From NCBI RefSeq assembly GCF_016432865.1, contig NC_067398.1, forward strand, positions 380,494,001 through 380,558,000: a stretch of 64,000 bases of DNA, written 5' to 3'. Below the pieces are notes generated by a model that saw only the letters and a program-made list of their open reading frames with translations, did not search any database and was not told where the DNA came from. Below, one piece after another: positions 53,046 through 64,000 of the stretch. Numbering within the stretch: position 1 is the stretch's first letter; every line of letters starts with the position of its first letter. Origin of the DNA: Antechinus flavipes (lineage: Eukaryota). A program made the translations under genes and the position numbers.

Positions 53046-53194
53046 AAGCTGTATTTATTTGAACTCAGGTCTTCCTGTCTCCAGACCCTACACTGTTCTA
53101 CCTAGGTGCTCACATATACTGATACACACACATATATGTTTATATATACACACATACACAAATATGCATGTACATAATTATGATCAATTCACAA

Positions 53195-53500
53195 GCATTT
53201 ATTTTCTTCCCACATCTTCTTCCTCAAATGAACAACAAAAAAGAAAAACAGAATCTATTTTTCTCTTAAACTGTCCATTTAATCACATCTTGAAATAATA
53301 TGTTATAGCAATAATATAATATTGTCATAGCAATAATATTGTTAAATACATATACTATTTAGCTATACCTCCCAATAAAAAGATACCCCTTAGTCTATAG
53401 CTATTTGCTATCACAAATAGAGCTACTATAAATATTTTTGTACATATGAAAACTTTTCTTTGTTCTTTGAACTCTTTAGAGTATAGCCCTAATCCCTTGA
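53195..53500 (-). mobile_element. Old L1 fragment
   Basis: gagctactataaatatttttgtacatatg and neighbouring L1 motifs. Confidence 0.55.
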
Positions 53501-53629
53501 ATTTTTTTGAAAATGGTCAAACTGAGCAATGATATGGCTAATGCTATGCAATGGTGAATTGGTCAATGTGAATTATGGCAGCTTGTTAAAGATAGAATAC
53601 AAAATTAATTATAAATTGTAGTTAAGGAA

Positions 53630-53858
53630 ATATTGGCAGCTAGGTGGCAAAGGGGCTAAAGTGTTGAGCTTGGTGTCAGGAAGACCTGAATGCAAGTCCA
53701 GCTTCAGATACTTACTGGCTATTTTGGGTAAGTCATTTAACCCTGTATGCCTCAGTTTTCTCATCTGTAAAATGAACCTGAGAAGGGAACAGCAAACCAT
53801 TTCAATGTCTTTGCCAAGAAAATCCCCAAATCACAAAGAGTTGGAAACAACTTAACAA
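53630..53858 (+). mobile_element. Core SINE (MAR1-like)
   Basis: ggcagctaggtggc...tcaggaagacctgaat...gcctcagttttctcatctgtaaaatga. Confidence 0.8.
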
Positions 53859-53859
53859 C

Positions 53860-54348
53860 AACACTAAAAACAGTCCCTGAAAGATATAATGAGACCCTAA
53901 CAAGGGATGGTGGTAATATGAGTAGAGAAGACAGGAAAGAAAGAATGTGAGAGATATTATGGGATTTAGCAAATGACATTAAAACTTTAAGTCTAGTATC
54001 CAGGAAGATGATGATAAGAAGAAAAATAGGGAAACTGGAAGAACCATCAGATTTAGAGGGGACAGAGTTCAGTTTTGGACATGTTAAGTTGGAGGAGCTG
54101 GCAGGACATGCAGGTAGACATTGTCTAGAAAGAAGCTGGAGATACAAGATTTGAAGTAAGGATAGAGATCAGGATATATACACCTACATAGAGATACACA
54201 TATATAGACACATGGATAGACATATATACCTACATGTAGACATACATAGATATACATACATGTATTTATATATTTAAATATACATGCATTACTTTTGTTT
54301 AGAGGTGCATGCTGAAATCATAGGACTGGATAAGATTACTAAAACAGA

Positions 54349-54393
<45 letters not shown>

Positions 54394-54640
54394 GATAGAT
54401 GGATAGATAGATAGATAGACACAGGCCTGGCTCTTGGGGAAAATATCCATTTAATAAAAATATAATAATAAGCTATCAAAAGAGATAAAAAATATCAGCA
54501 AGACAGAAAGACAGAACAAAATGATATGGAAAATGAAAGAGGAGAAATACTTTTGAAAAAACTAGTAAGTAATAAATTAAATGTTGCATAATAGTCCAAG
54601 GATGAGGACTTAGAAAAGGCCTCTATTTTACAGAAGGAAG
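53860..54640 (-). mobile_element. L2 fragment with embedded microsatellites
   Basis: gagttcagttttggacatgttaagttggagg...gctgaaatcataggactggataagatt. Confidence 0.6.
54350..54420. repeat. Compound (TA)n + (GATA)n microsatellite
   Basis: Directly visible. Confidence 0.95.
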
Positions 54641-54931
54641 GTTTAAGCACTTTGCCCAGGATCACATACCTGCTAAGTTGTCTGAGGAAATATAATAACT
54701 CAAGTGTTCCTGACTCTATCATTGTTACTCAATGTCCTGTGCTACCTTCCAATCTCCAGTCAATGGAAGAAATTTTGCTCACTCCATATTAATTTTTATC
54801 CAGACTTAGAATTTCAATTGTGTGGGGAATTTGTGGCACGGAGACTAGATTTCTGTAGAGAGAAACCTCCTAGGGAACTATTACCTTAAAGAACAGTTTG
54901 AGGCATTCGAGGTTGAGGAGCTTGTCTATGA

Positions 54932-55205
54932 CTTGGTTGGTTGATTATTGTCCTTCATTCTCAAAGAGGACCAAAATGGCATCACTATATTGGAGTGAAG
55001 GTACAAGTATATCTGACTGTGGCTAACCAAACACACAAAAAGTTCACATGAACATTTGGAGTGGAGATGGCTCTAAATTTGCACATTTCACACTTCTTTG
55101 AACTACTGCAATTCTGTTTTGTTCATAGAGTACAATGTCTTCCTTGATGTGAGCTGCCATGCTGAACAGTCCTGTGCTTGCATCACATAATTGATTCCAA
55201 AGTAA
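54932..55205 (-). mobile_element. RTE-clade LINE 3' end
   Basis: ttggttggttgattattgtccttcattctcaaagaggaccaaaatggcatcac is the reverse complement of a marsupial RTE terminus. Confidence 0.75.
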
Positions 55206-56689
55206 TTGACATCAAAGGCAAAATTGAACTTGCTTTTTCCTGACTTCAAGCTCTACTCTTTGCCCCTTCATGCTACAGCACAAATTCCCTCAATGGACCT
55301 TCCCTTTCTAAGTGTCCTCTCTTAATAGGGTTTCTGATTGTTTCATTGAACTAGAGAGGAGGATGAAAATTTACTAAGAATTGAAATACAACAGAACTTT
55401 TCAAGTCTTATCTTTTATCAAAGTATCAGTAACCCTCCAACTCTCTTTAATCTTTAAATATTCCACTTTTCTCCACCAAACTCACCTGAACATTTGTTAT
55501 ATGTCTAAATTAAGAATTATACCAATATATTTAGAAGGAAAAGGTTAGTGTCCTGGTTTCAAGGATGTGCAAGTACAATGTTTCTTTTCAGTTATTAGGA
55601 TGATACTATTCTATTTTTAGTTTAAGACCTGCATTCCAGGAATACTATTTAATCTTTTCATGTATCCAGTAAATCTTTTATTGATTACTTTGCTATGTTG
55701 AAAGTCAATGTGTAAGAGAAAGATGTGTAAGGTACAAGGCCTCATCTCAGGGGCCTTGCAATCTGGTGGTAGGAAGATGGAGGAAGAAAACAAATGACAG
55801 ACATGATTACAATATGCCCAGTGAATCGTTTCTTATAGATTCCTTATAACAAAATTCTGCTACAACGATGCAATATATTGCATAACAGTGAAAACTCTTA
55901 TAAGGATATAAATCCACAGAGTTCTAGACTAAGAATCTAGAAGATATGGGTTCAAATTCTATCTCTGAAATTTATACCATGGATAAATTAGTTCAACTTT
56001 CTGAACCTAAGTCCCTTTATCTGCAAAATGGAAAGAATACCTATGGCACTTACTTCATATGGTTGTTGAGAGATTCAAATGAAACATTGCCTATATATAT
56101 GTATATTATCATTTGTGTGAATGAAAGTGTAACAATATACTAACCAAAAGTTGCTTAAACTTTAGGGAGAATTTGACAACTTATTTTTGTATTTCTTCTG
56201 CAAAATTAGCCCATGTTATAATTTAAGTAACCACTAATATTAAGCATTGGGTGATCTAGATCAATTGTCCCCACGGAAATCTGAAACCTACATGCTATTA
56301 GCACTTTGTAACCTTTGCCTTTCTTTCCTCAGAATGTTCTAAAGTGATAGCTCAGCTCCAAACTCCAATAAATTATTTTACAACCTGCTTGGTAGCTCTG
56401 TCAATGTTCTGTTACAGGAAAAAAGAGAGAGAGAGCAAGAGACTTTATCCTCTAAACAACGTGATAATCACTCTTACAAAATCCAAGGGGGAATCCCTTA
56501 GATATAACTTAAGACTGTTTTCTTGCAACTATATCCTAATTAATATAGGATTATTATATTATAATATTTTATGTTATATAAAATAAGACACTTTAAGAAC
56601 TGTATTTCATTGAACAACTCTATTATCTGTCATTTCTACTATATTGTGAAAAAAAGGCTCTGAAAAAAACATTTTGATAGAAGACTGTT

Positions 56690-57060
56690 AGGAGAGTCTG
56701 AAGGAAAATGGGGCAAAGTTCAATTTTGGACATGTTGAGTTTGATGGAGCTGGTAGAATATGCAGGAAGACATCCTCCTATCCAGAAGGAAGATGAAAAA
56801 CAAGAGCAAGAACAAAGACAACACCAAGAAGAACAAGAAAAGCAAGATCAAGAACAAGAACAAGATCTTTGCAAAGGGAGATGGAATGTCATGGACAGGG
56901 CAATGAGGCCAGTTAGATCAGTAAGTTGAATAGATAAGGGGTGATAATAAGAAAGCAGGCTAGAAAAAAATAGGTTAGAAATAACTAGAGGGCTTTAACA
57001 TCAGAAAAGTTTATATTTTATCCTAAAGGCAATGGGAAACCACCACATTTTTTCTTTATT
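56690..57060 (-). mobile_element. L2 fragment with embedded purine-rich repeat
   Basis: gttcaattttggacatgttgagtttgatg...ttttatcctaaaggcaatgggaaaccac. Confidence 0.55.
56790..56868. repeat. Degenerate (CAAGAA)n repeat
   Basis: Directly visible; it produces the Q/E-rich ORF 56708-56929. Confidence 0.85.
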
Positions 57061-58099
57061 GTTCTGAGTTCTACCTTTTGGGATGACACATCTATCATAA
57101 GAACTTAAAATTCTGCATTTTGCTTGCAGGAAAACATTTGGCATCTGCTGTAATCACAATTAATGCATAAATCATCTCACATCAAAAGGGAAACTGCCAA
57201 AAGGTCCATTAGTGAGTAAAGTAAGAATCTTGAGATGGATGGCTAGAAGTCATAGGTTGGAAAAAGTGACCAGAAGAATCCTCGGCTGCCTACTTCCATA
57301 TTTAAGCAATAGTCTAGCAGCTCAAATGACTCAGATATCACAGACTAGGAGAAACTGTAGCAGATGTGAAGTTGTGGCTCATTTCCTTGTGTATCCTTAC
57401 CCTTAGAGCACTTCACACAGACAGCTCCATATTCCTCCAGCTTCTACCTGGAGCCCTGGGAAACAGAGCAAGTAAAGAATTCCAGGGGTAGGGGTATAGG
57501 GTCCGGGATAGTAATATGCAAAACAGGTAGATGGTCTGAACTCTCTATGTATATGTGTATGTATGTATATGTATACAGACACATACATCACACACAGAGA
57601 CACACTGTCAACCTTTTTCCAAAGTTTGGTCAAAGAAAGACAAACAGAAGTGGGTCACATGCATGATTTATTCCTTTCAATGTCTGCAGAGCTACAGATT
57701 GAACTGAGGTCACCAAAGGAGTGGTAAGAGGCATTATAAAGTTATAAGCAAAGAAGTGCCCCTCATTCAAGATGTCTGATCTATTGTCAGCCAATTTCAG
57801 TTTCCATAAAGCAAGAAAGTACCCCTGACTCAGGAGGTCTGTGCAAATCCAATCTGGTCTTGAGTTTGCTGACACAATAGGAGGATTTCAGGTTAACTCA
57901 GAGAACATCACAGAGGACTGTTAATATGTTAGTACAGAAGGACTCAAATCATCTTATCTGATTGGCCAATCAAGTTTTCAGTCTTCTTCAGGTGATGAGG
58001 GACTCAAGCAGGTCTCACAACACATATATCTATTTATATCTTGTCATTTTTTATAAAATTCATATGAATCTATATGGCATTTGTAATGATTATACTATT

Positions 58100-59878
58100 T
58101 AGATCTGTTGGAGTTTCCCTATTTTCCAGGGAATCCTGACCTGAAGACTGGGACTGTAGTCACTATACTGCAGCAGAACATGATCAATTAAATCTTCTAA
58201 CATGCTAACAATCCTTGCACTTGTAACTGCTAAGCGAACCAAACCAAGTGCTTCATTTCTGTTCCATCATGCAAACTCTTGCTGAATGATCACAAAGCTC
58301 AATGAGCTTAATGACACAAGACAATCAGAGTTCAACAATTCTAATAACTTGGAAACTGTTTGCAAAGGACCTAAAAATGTCTGTATTGTCCCCAAAATAT
58401 GTGCATGTGTGATCCAGCCATGATGATTTTCTCAAGACCTAAGAATAGCTGTGTATAGTTTTCATGTTTAAAAACCCTAGCCCTGCCATAAGCAAGTCCA
58501 TCTTCTTAGAAGATAGACTTCACTTGCAAGATATTTTCCTCATTCTGAAATTAGGCTGCTATTTTATTTCTGATTCACCTGTCTCTGGCCTGCTTTGCTC
58601 AGCTTTAGATATCCACAAGTTAGAGACTGGTCCAGTCAGGACTATATTTAAAATTTTGTCATTCTTATTGGCACCTAAAGTGGGACTGGACATAAAATGA
58701 GTCCATTGGACTCTCCAGAAATGGACTAGGCACCACCAAAAATTTCTAAGGAGTCTGACCCCACCCTCATGTGGCGAGTCTTCTGTCCTTTTCCTGCTTT
58801 AATCTCTGAGCTCTTGCCTTGGTCAAGTTCTCATTCATTTAACTGGTAAATACACGTCCAGATATGGACTATGACTGTATTGAACATGAAACCAGACCAC
58901 TGGTTCCAGTACCAGTACCAGTGGAAATGGACTAGATTCCACCAAAGATTTATTTCTCCTCAGTCTGACCACTCCTCATCTGGTGACTCATTTGCTTTTG
59001 TTCTTGCTCCAATTTCTGAACTCTTGTCTTTTTTTTTTTAATGGATTTGTGAATCTCTTTTTTTAAAATTATATCTTTTTATTTCCAAAATATACATGGA
59101 TAATTTTCAGCATTCACCCCTACAAACCCTGTGTTCTCATTTTTCTTCTCCCTTCCCTCCACCTCTTCCCCCAGTCGGCAAGTGATCCAATATATGTTAA
59201 ACGTGTAAATCTTCTATACATATTTCCACAAATACCATGCTGCACAAGAAAAATCAGATCAAAAAGGGGAAAAAAAGAGAGAAAGAAAACAAAATGCAAG
59301 CAAACAACACCAAGAAGAATGAAAATACTAAGTTGTAGTCTATTTTTCAGTTCCCACTGTCTTCTCTCTGGGTGCAGTTGGCTTTCTCCATTATAAAACC
59401 ATTGGAACTGATCTGAATCACCCCTCTGTTGAAAAGAGCTATGTCTATCAGAACTGATCATCACATAATCTTGTTGTTGTTGTATACAATGTTCTCTTGG
59501 TTCTACTCACTTCATTTAGCATCGATTCATGAAAGTCTCTCCAGGTCTCTCTCAAATCACTCTCCTGATCACTTCTTATAGAACAGTAATATTCCATAAC
59601 ATTCACATACCATAATTTGTTCAGCTATTCTCCAACTGTTGGGCATCCATTTATTTTCCAGTTTCTTGCAACTACAAAAAGGGCTACCACAAATCTTTCT
59701 GCACATGTGCATCCCTTTCCCACTTTTATGCTCTTCTTAGGATACAAGCTCAGTAGAAACACTGCTGGATCAGAGTATACACATTTTGATAGCCCTTTGG
59801 GCATATGAATTCCTGTCTTTAACCTGTTCTCACAGCTCTGGCCACCCTCAGGTTAAAGGCCAGTTCTATCCCGTTGAC
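58100..59878 (+). mobile_element. Possible old degenerate LTR-type element interrupted by an L1
   Basis: Relatively GC-rich, contains diverged internal direct repeats, and resumes after the L1 to end in ...cccgttgaCA. No TSD found. Confidence 0.3.
59058..59806 (-). mobile_element. 5'-truncated L1 (ORF2 end and 3'UTR)
   Basis: T-rich tail at 59058 and reverse-complement L1 motifs (ttccagtttcttgcaactacaaaaagggctaccacaaa). Confidence 0.9.
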
Positions 59879-60830
59879 AATGCATATATATGTAAATATG
59901 TGTGAATATGCATAAATATATACACCAAACATATACACCAAAATATCCCCAAATCTCTAAACATCATGAAATTGCTAAGTATTTCATGTCCACATGGAAC
60001 ATTATTTTTTTAGAGAAACAGTTTAAACTCATGTTTCTATTTGGTTTTTAGTCCATTATTACCTCTCCTAAATAGAATTAAACAAATGCATCACCTAGCT
60101 GTCTTTGAAATCAATCAAATGACTGACTACATATTTAGTGCAATTGACACCTATAAAAATCACTTTTAATGGCTTTAGAACTGTGAAATGGGCCATAATA
60201 TATTTAGATACTATCTTAGCAAAATACCACACAATATTAATGAAATATGGGGCTTATGCTGTAAGGCAGCTATAGAAAAATAAACACTTCCTAGATTGTT
60301 AGACATTTCCAAAGCATGATAAGCAGTTAAAAAACAAACCAGAACAAGAAATACTTCTAAAACAAGTAAACTCTTACCACTTTACTGAGCAGTAGTAAAA
60401 AGTTGTTTACAGGTAAACAACACTGGACTTGTCAAATAGAACTCAAAGTGGTTTAACTTCCTCCCTTTAATGGCAAAGATTTGTGGTGAAATCCAAAGGC
60501 CCTTCTTAGGTGGCATCCTCATGTACTAAGCCAATTGATTGTAGACAAAGAAGTACCTAGCAAAATGTGACTCATTGGATAGAATTATATTTCAAACGTT
60601 TGCTAGCTTTCATGGAAGGACAGGCAAATCCCCATACTACAAATATAGTTTTCAAAATATTTGAGAAATAAAAAATAAAAATAAAAATTGAGATTAATTA
60701 AAAAAATATGTTTTTAAATTGATAAATAAAACCAATGGATTGCATTAAACTAGGCTTATCATAGATCAAGTTGTTGGCCATAATCACCCAGATATGATAC
60801 TGCTAAGTAAAATCTTGAGAATAATATTTT

Positions 60831-60978
60831 ATTTTATTTTTTGTTGAGGCAGTTGGGGTTAAGTGACTTGCCCAGGATCACACAGCTGGGAAGTATTTAA
60901 GTATCTGAGATCAAATTTGAACTCAGGTCCTTCTGAATTCAGGACTGGTGCTCTATCCACTGCACCTCCCAGCTGCCC
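60831..60978 (-). mobile_element. Young tRNA-derived SINE (WSINE1-like)
   Basis: Complete element with A-rich tail. 15-bp TSD tgagaataatatttt (60816-60830, 60979-60993). Confidence 0.9.
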
Positions 60979-62129
60979 TGAGAATAATATTTTACTAGAT
61001 TTTAAGATGACAAATATTCATAATCTCCAAACGATTTGGAATGAAAAACCTTAAAAATGTAAAAACCAAGCAGAAGACATCAAAATTATGAGCAAATAGG
61101 ATAAGGCCCATATGTATACCCAGTCTGCTTCTGGAGTTGTGCCTACATTGAAATAAATTTATTCCAATACAAGAAGCAATTTTTTTTATCCACCTGTGCA
61201 GATTGCAAAACATTAAATGTTAAAAAAAAAAAAATTAGTATAACATAACATTTATTTGTCTCAAAGGCAGTTTCTATCTGATCTCTATTAAGTAAGATGA
61301 GAAGAATAAATTTTCTAAAATAATAATAATGCTTATGTTTATACAGCTCATGGTGAAATAAAAGAATACCTATGCAAATGAGTTCACAGAACTGTTGTGT
61401 GGTTCATGAGTGAAAAATATTTTGTAACTCAAAAGGCACTATATAAATGTCAGGTGTCATCATCATGGCATAATCATGGAAACTGCCAATAGCTGAAAAA
61501 TCTTGGAAAGCTAAAGAGGTCCCATGTCAAATTAAATAAAACAAATGATTGTGACAAAAATCTTGTATATTAAAGATTTTTGAAGTTATAAAATACAAAA
61601 AGTAGGAAAGAATGATGAGCAAAAAATCCCCCAACATTCAGAAAAGGATTACACACACACACAAAAAAACTTTAAATGTTTTGAAATTTAATTCTTCCCC
61701 TCCCCCACTGTCATCCACAATCTACTAATGATTCAACAGATGGTTTGTCAGCATTACAGATTAGGTTCCCCAAGAACAAATAAGGCCAAACTAACCTCAT
61801 TTTCTCTTTGTATAGTGTTATTAGATAGGTAGATAGAAGGCTGTAGACATTCAGAGGTTTTTTTTTGTTTTGTTTTGTTTTGTTTTTGCATTGTTTGGTT
61901 TATCTTCTTAGCAGAATGTAAGTTTATTCAAGGCAAGGAATATTTTTCATTTTCATTTTTGTATTCTTAGAACCTAGCAGTGACCAACACAATCATTATT
62001 TCAAGTGACTAATGTATTTCAGAAAAGCGCTTAAAAGACTTTAATACTATATTTGTGAATAAAATATAGAAATGTAAGTTATATAATTTGGAGGCTTATT
62101 TTGAAGAAATGTATCAGAGAGTGTTGGTC

Positions 62130-62950
62130 AAAAGACTGATATCACCCTCAAGGCAAATCTCTTCTGGAATACTCTGGGGCCTTGCCCTTGGGGCTGGCAT
62201 GTTCAGTATTTTTTTAATCAGTAACTTAAATGAAGATGAATGATATGCTTACCAAATTAGGTAGATGATCCTAAGTTTGATTATAAAGAAAGGATGTTAG
62301 AAAACTGAATCATAATTCTAAATAATCCCAAGAAATTTTGAAAAAAAAATTGGCCCAAACCAATAATATTGAATATGGATAAATATAAAGTGCTACATTT
62401 AGTTTTCAAAAACTGAATACACCAATACAAGAATACTGGGCATCACTTTATGTGAAAAAGCCTTGAAGATTTTAGTTGACTATTAGCTAAAGATAAGCTA
62501 ACAGTATGAGGTAGCTGTTTCAAAAGTTAATGGAATTTTGAGCAGCAATAATATTAAGTATAGAATGTCCAGGTCGTGGGAGGTAATAATGGTCCTACTG
62601 TAGACTGTGCTTGTCTAGAATATTGTGTTCAGTTCTTTGAGTACCACAATTTAAGACAGACACTGATGACTGGAATACATCCAGAGTAGGGTGGCCAGGG
62701 TAGAAGAGGGTCTACAAATCATGTTGTGTAACACAGATGCTCTTGATGAAGAAGCAGGTGATTTTAACCAGAAAATATGGAACAGAGATTCAACTTATTC
62801 TATGTACTTCCAGAGGGCAAAACTAGAACCAATGGATTGGAATTTTTTTTGGAGGGGGCAGATTCTGATTCAATGCAAGAAAGAATTTTGTAATAATTAG
62901 AGTTGTCCCAACACTGGACAGACTGATTCATAATAAAGTTTCCAATTAGG
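62130..62950 (+). mobile_element. CR1/L3 LINE, decayed RT 3' part
   Basis: Decayed CR1 RT motifs (gataaatataaagtgctacattta; ttagttgactattagct; gaatattgtgttcagttct). Confidence 0.75.
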
Positions 62951-63065
62951 GTCTGAATGGTTCTTCTGCATTAAATGAAAAGTTTTCCAGTTATCTCTAA
63001 GGTAGAGCCTATCCTAAGATGCACTCTGAATGCATCTTAAATATTGTTAATTTTATGGTCACCTT

Positions 63066-63686
63066 TCTGTATGTGCCAAAATGTTTGTGGCAGCCCTGTT
63101 TGTAGTGGCTAGAAGCTGGAAAATGAAAGGATGTCCATCAATTGGAGAATGGTTGAGTAAATTGTGGTATAGGAACATTATGGAATATTATTGTTCTTTA
63201 AGGAACGACCAGCAGGATGAATACAGAGAGGACTGGCGAGACTTACATGAACTGATGCTGAGTGAAATGAGCAGAACCAGGAGATCATTATATACCTCAA
63301 CAATGATACTGTTTGAGGATGTATTCTGATGGAAGTGGACCTCTTCGATAAAGAGAGCCTTAATTGATCGAAGATGGACAGAAGCAGCTACACCCAGAGA
63401 AAGAACACTGGAAATGAATATAAACTGCTTGCATTTATGTTTTTCCTCCCGGGTTATTTCTACCTTCTGAATCCAATTCTCCCTGTGCAACAAGAAAACT
63501 GGTTCTGCACACATATATTGTATCTAGGATATACTGCAACCTATTCAACATGTAAAGGACTCTTGCCATCTCTGGGAAGGGGTGGAGGGAGGGAGGGGTA
63601 AAATCGCAACAGAAATGAATGCAAGGGATAATGCTGTAAAAATTACCCTGGCATGCATTCTATCAATAAAAAATTATTTAAAAAAA
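63066..63686 (+). mobile_element. Young 5'-truncated L1
   Basis: ORF 63081-63329 (MFVAALFVVARSWKMKGCPSIGEWLSKLWY) is the end of ORF2p. 13-bp TSD ttatggtcacctt (63053-63065, 63687-63699). Confidence 0.94.
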
Positions 63687-64000
63687 TTATGGTCACCTTG
63701 TGAGATACTGGGGAATATATTCTAATTAACTATTTTATAGGGAAGGAATTGGAAGCAGTTTCCTGATATTCAGCAAAAGTCTTGAGACTACTAAGTGGTG
63801 TCATAAAGAATAAACACAAAACTTCTGATTCCTAGTCTTGTAGGTATAGACTTATTGGTTATATTCATTCTATTGATGGTATAGTACTTTTGGCTTAGAG
63901 AGTGACTAAATTATAATACACAAATATCAAAATTAATCAATAGTTAGTAAGCAAATTTAGAAACCTTTCAAATAGTCGTCATTGTTGTTGTTGACCCTTT

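Noticed and set aside
56708-56929. Q/E-rich 73-aa ORF
   Set aside because: Translation of a CAAGAA repeat inside an L2 fragment.
23966-63329. ORFs 23966-24232, 49960-50382 and 63081-63329 as host genes
   Set aside because: They are L1 ORF2p C-terminal fragments of truncated elements.

Overview
AT-rich (roughly one-third GC by eye), strongly CpG-depleted marsupial genomic DNA. The SINE and L1 3' ends look Australian, probably dasyurid. The window lies inside one gene on the minus strand, SLC9A3 (Na+/H+ exchanger NHE3). Coding exon 2 (12168-12470, 303 bp) and exon 3 (2544-2704, 161 bp) are present with canonical AG/GT sites, matching phases and intact transport motifs. Exon 1, the promoter and exon 4 onward were not found, so intron 1 appears to exceed 51.5 kb. 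The rest is intronic: L1, L2, CR1/L3 and RTE fragments, many tRNA-derived core SINEs, hAT-type MITEs, microsatellites, a 154-N gap and a cluster of solo LTRs. I found no evidence of a new multi-gene system. The best leads are: (1) four LTRs within 4.5 kb just upstream of exon 2, all on the host-gene strand, including two independent insertions of one family 676 bp apart; (2) an unrecognised ~250 bp insertion with retrotransposition hallmarks nested in an L1; (3) a duplicated 5' splice site at exon 3 and two candidate poison exons; (4) micro inverted triplications suggesting template switching; (5) candidate epithelial enhancers. Repeat boundaries are approximate (about +/-20-50 bp) unless a TSD is given. 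Family assignments are from recalled consensus similarity, not a database search.
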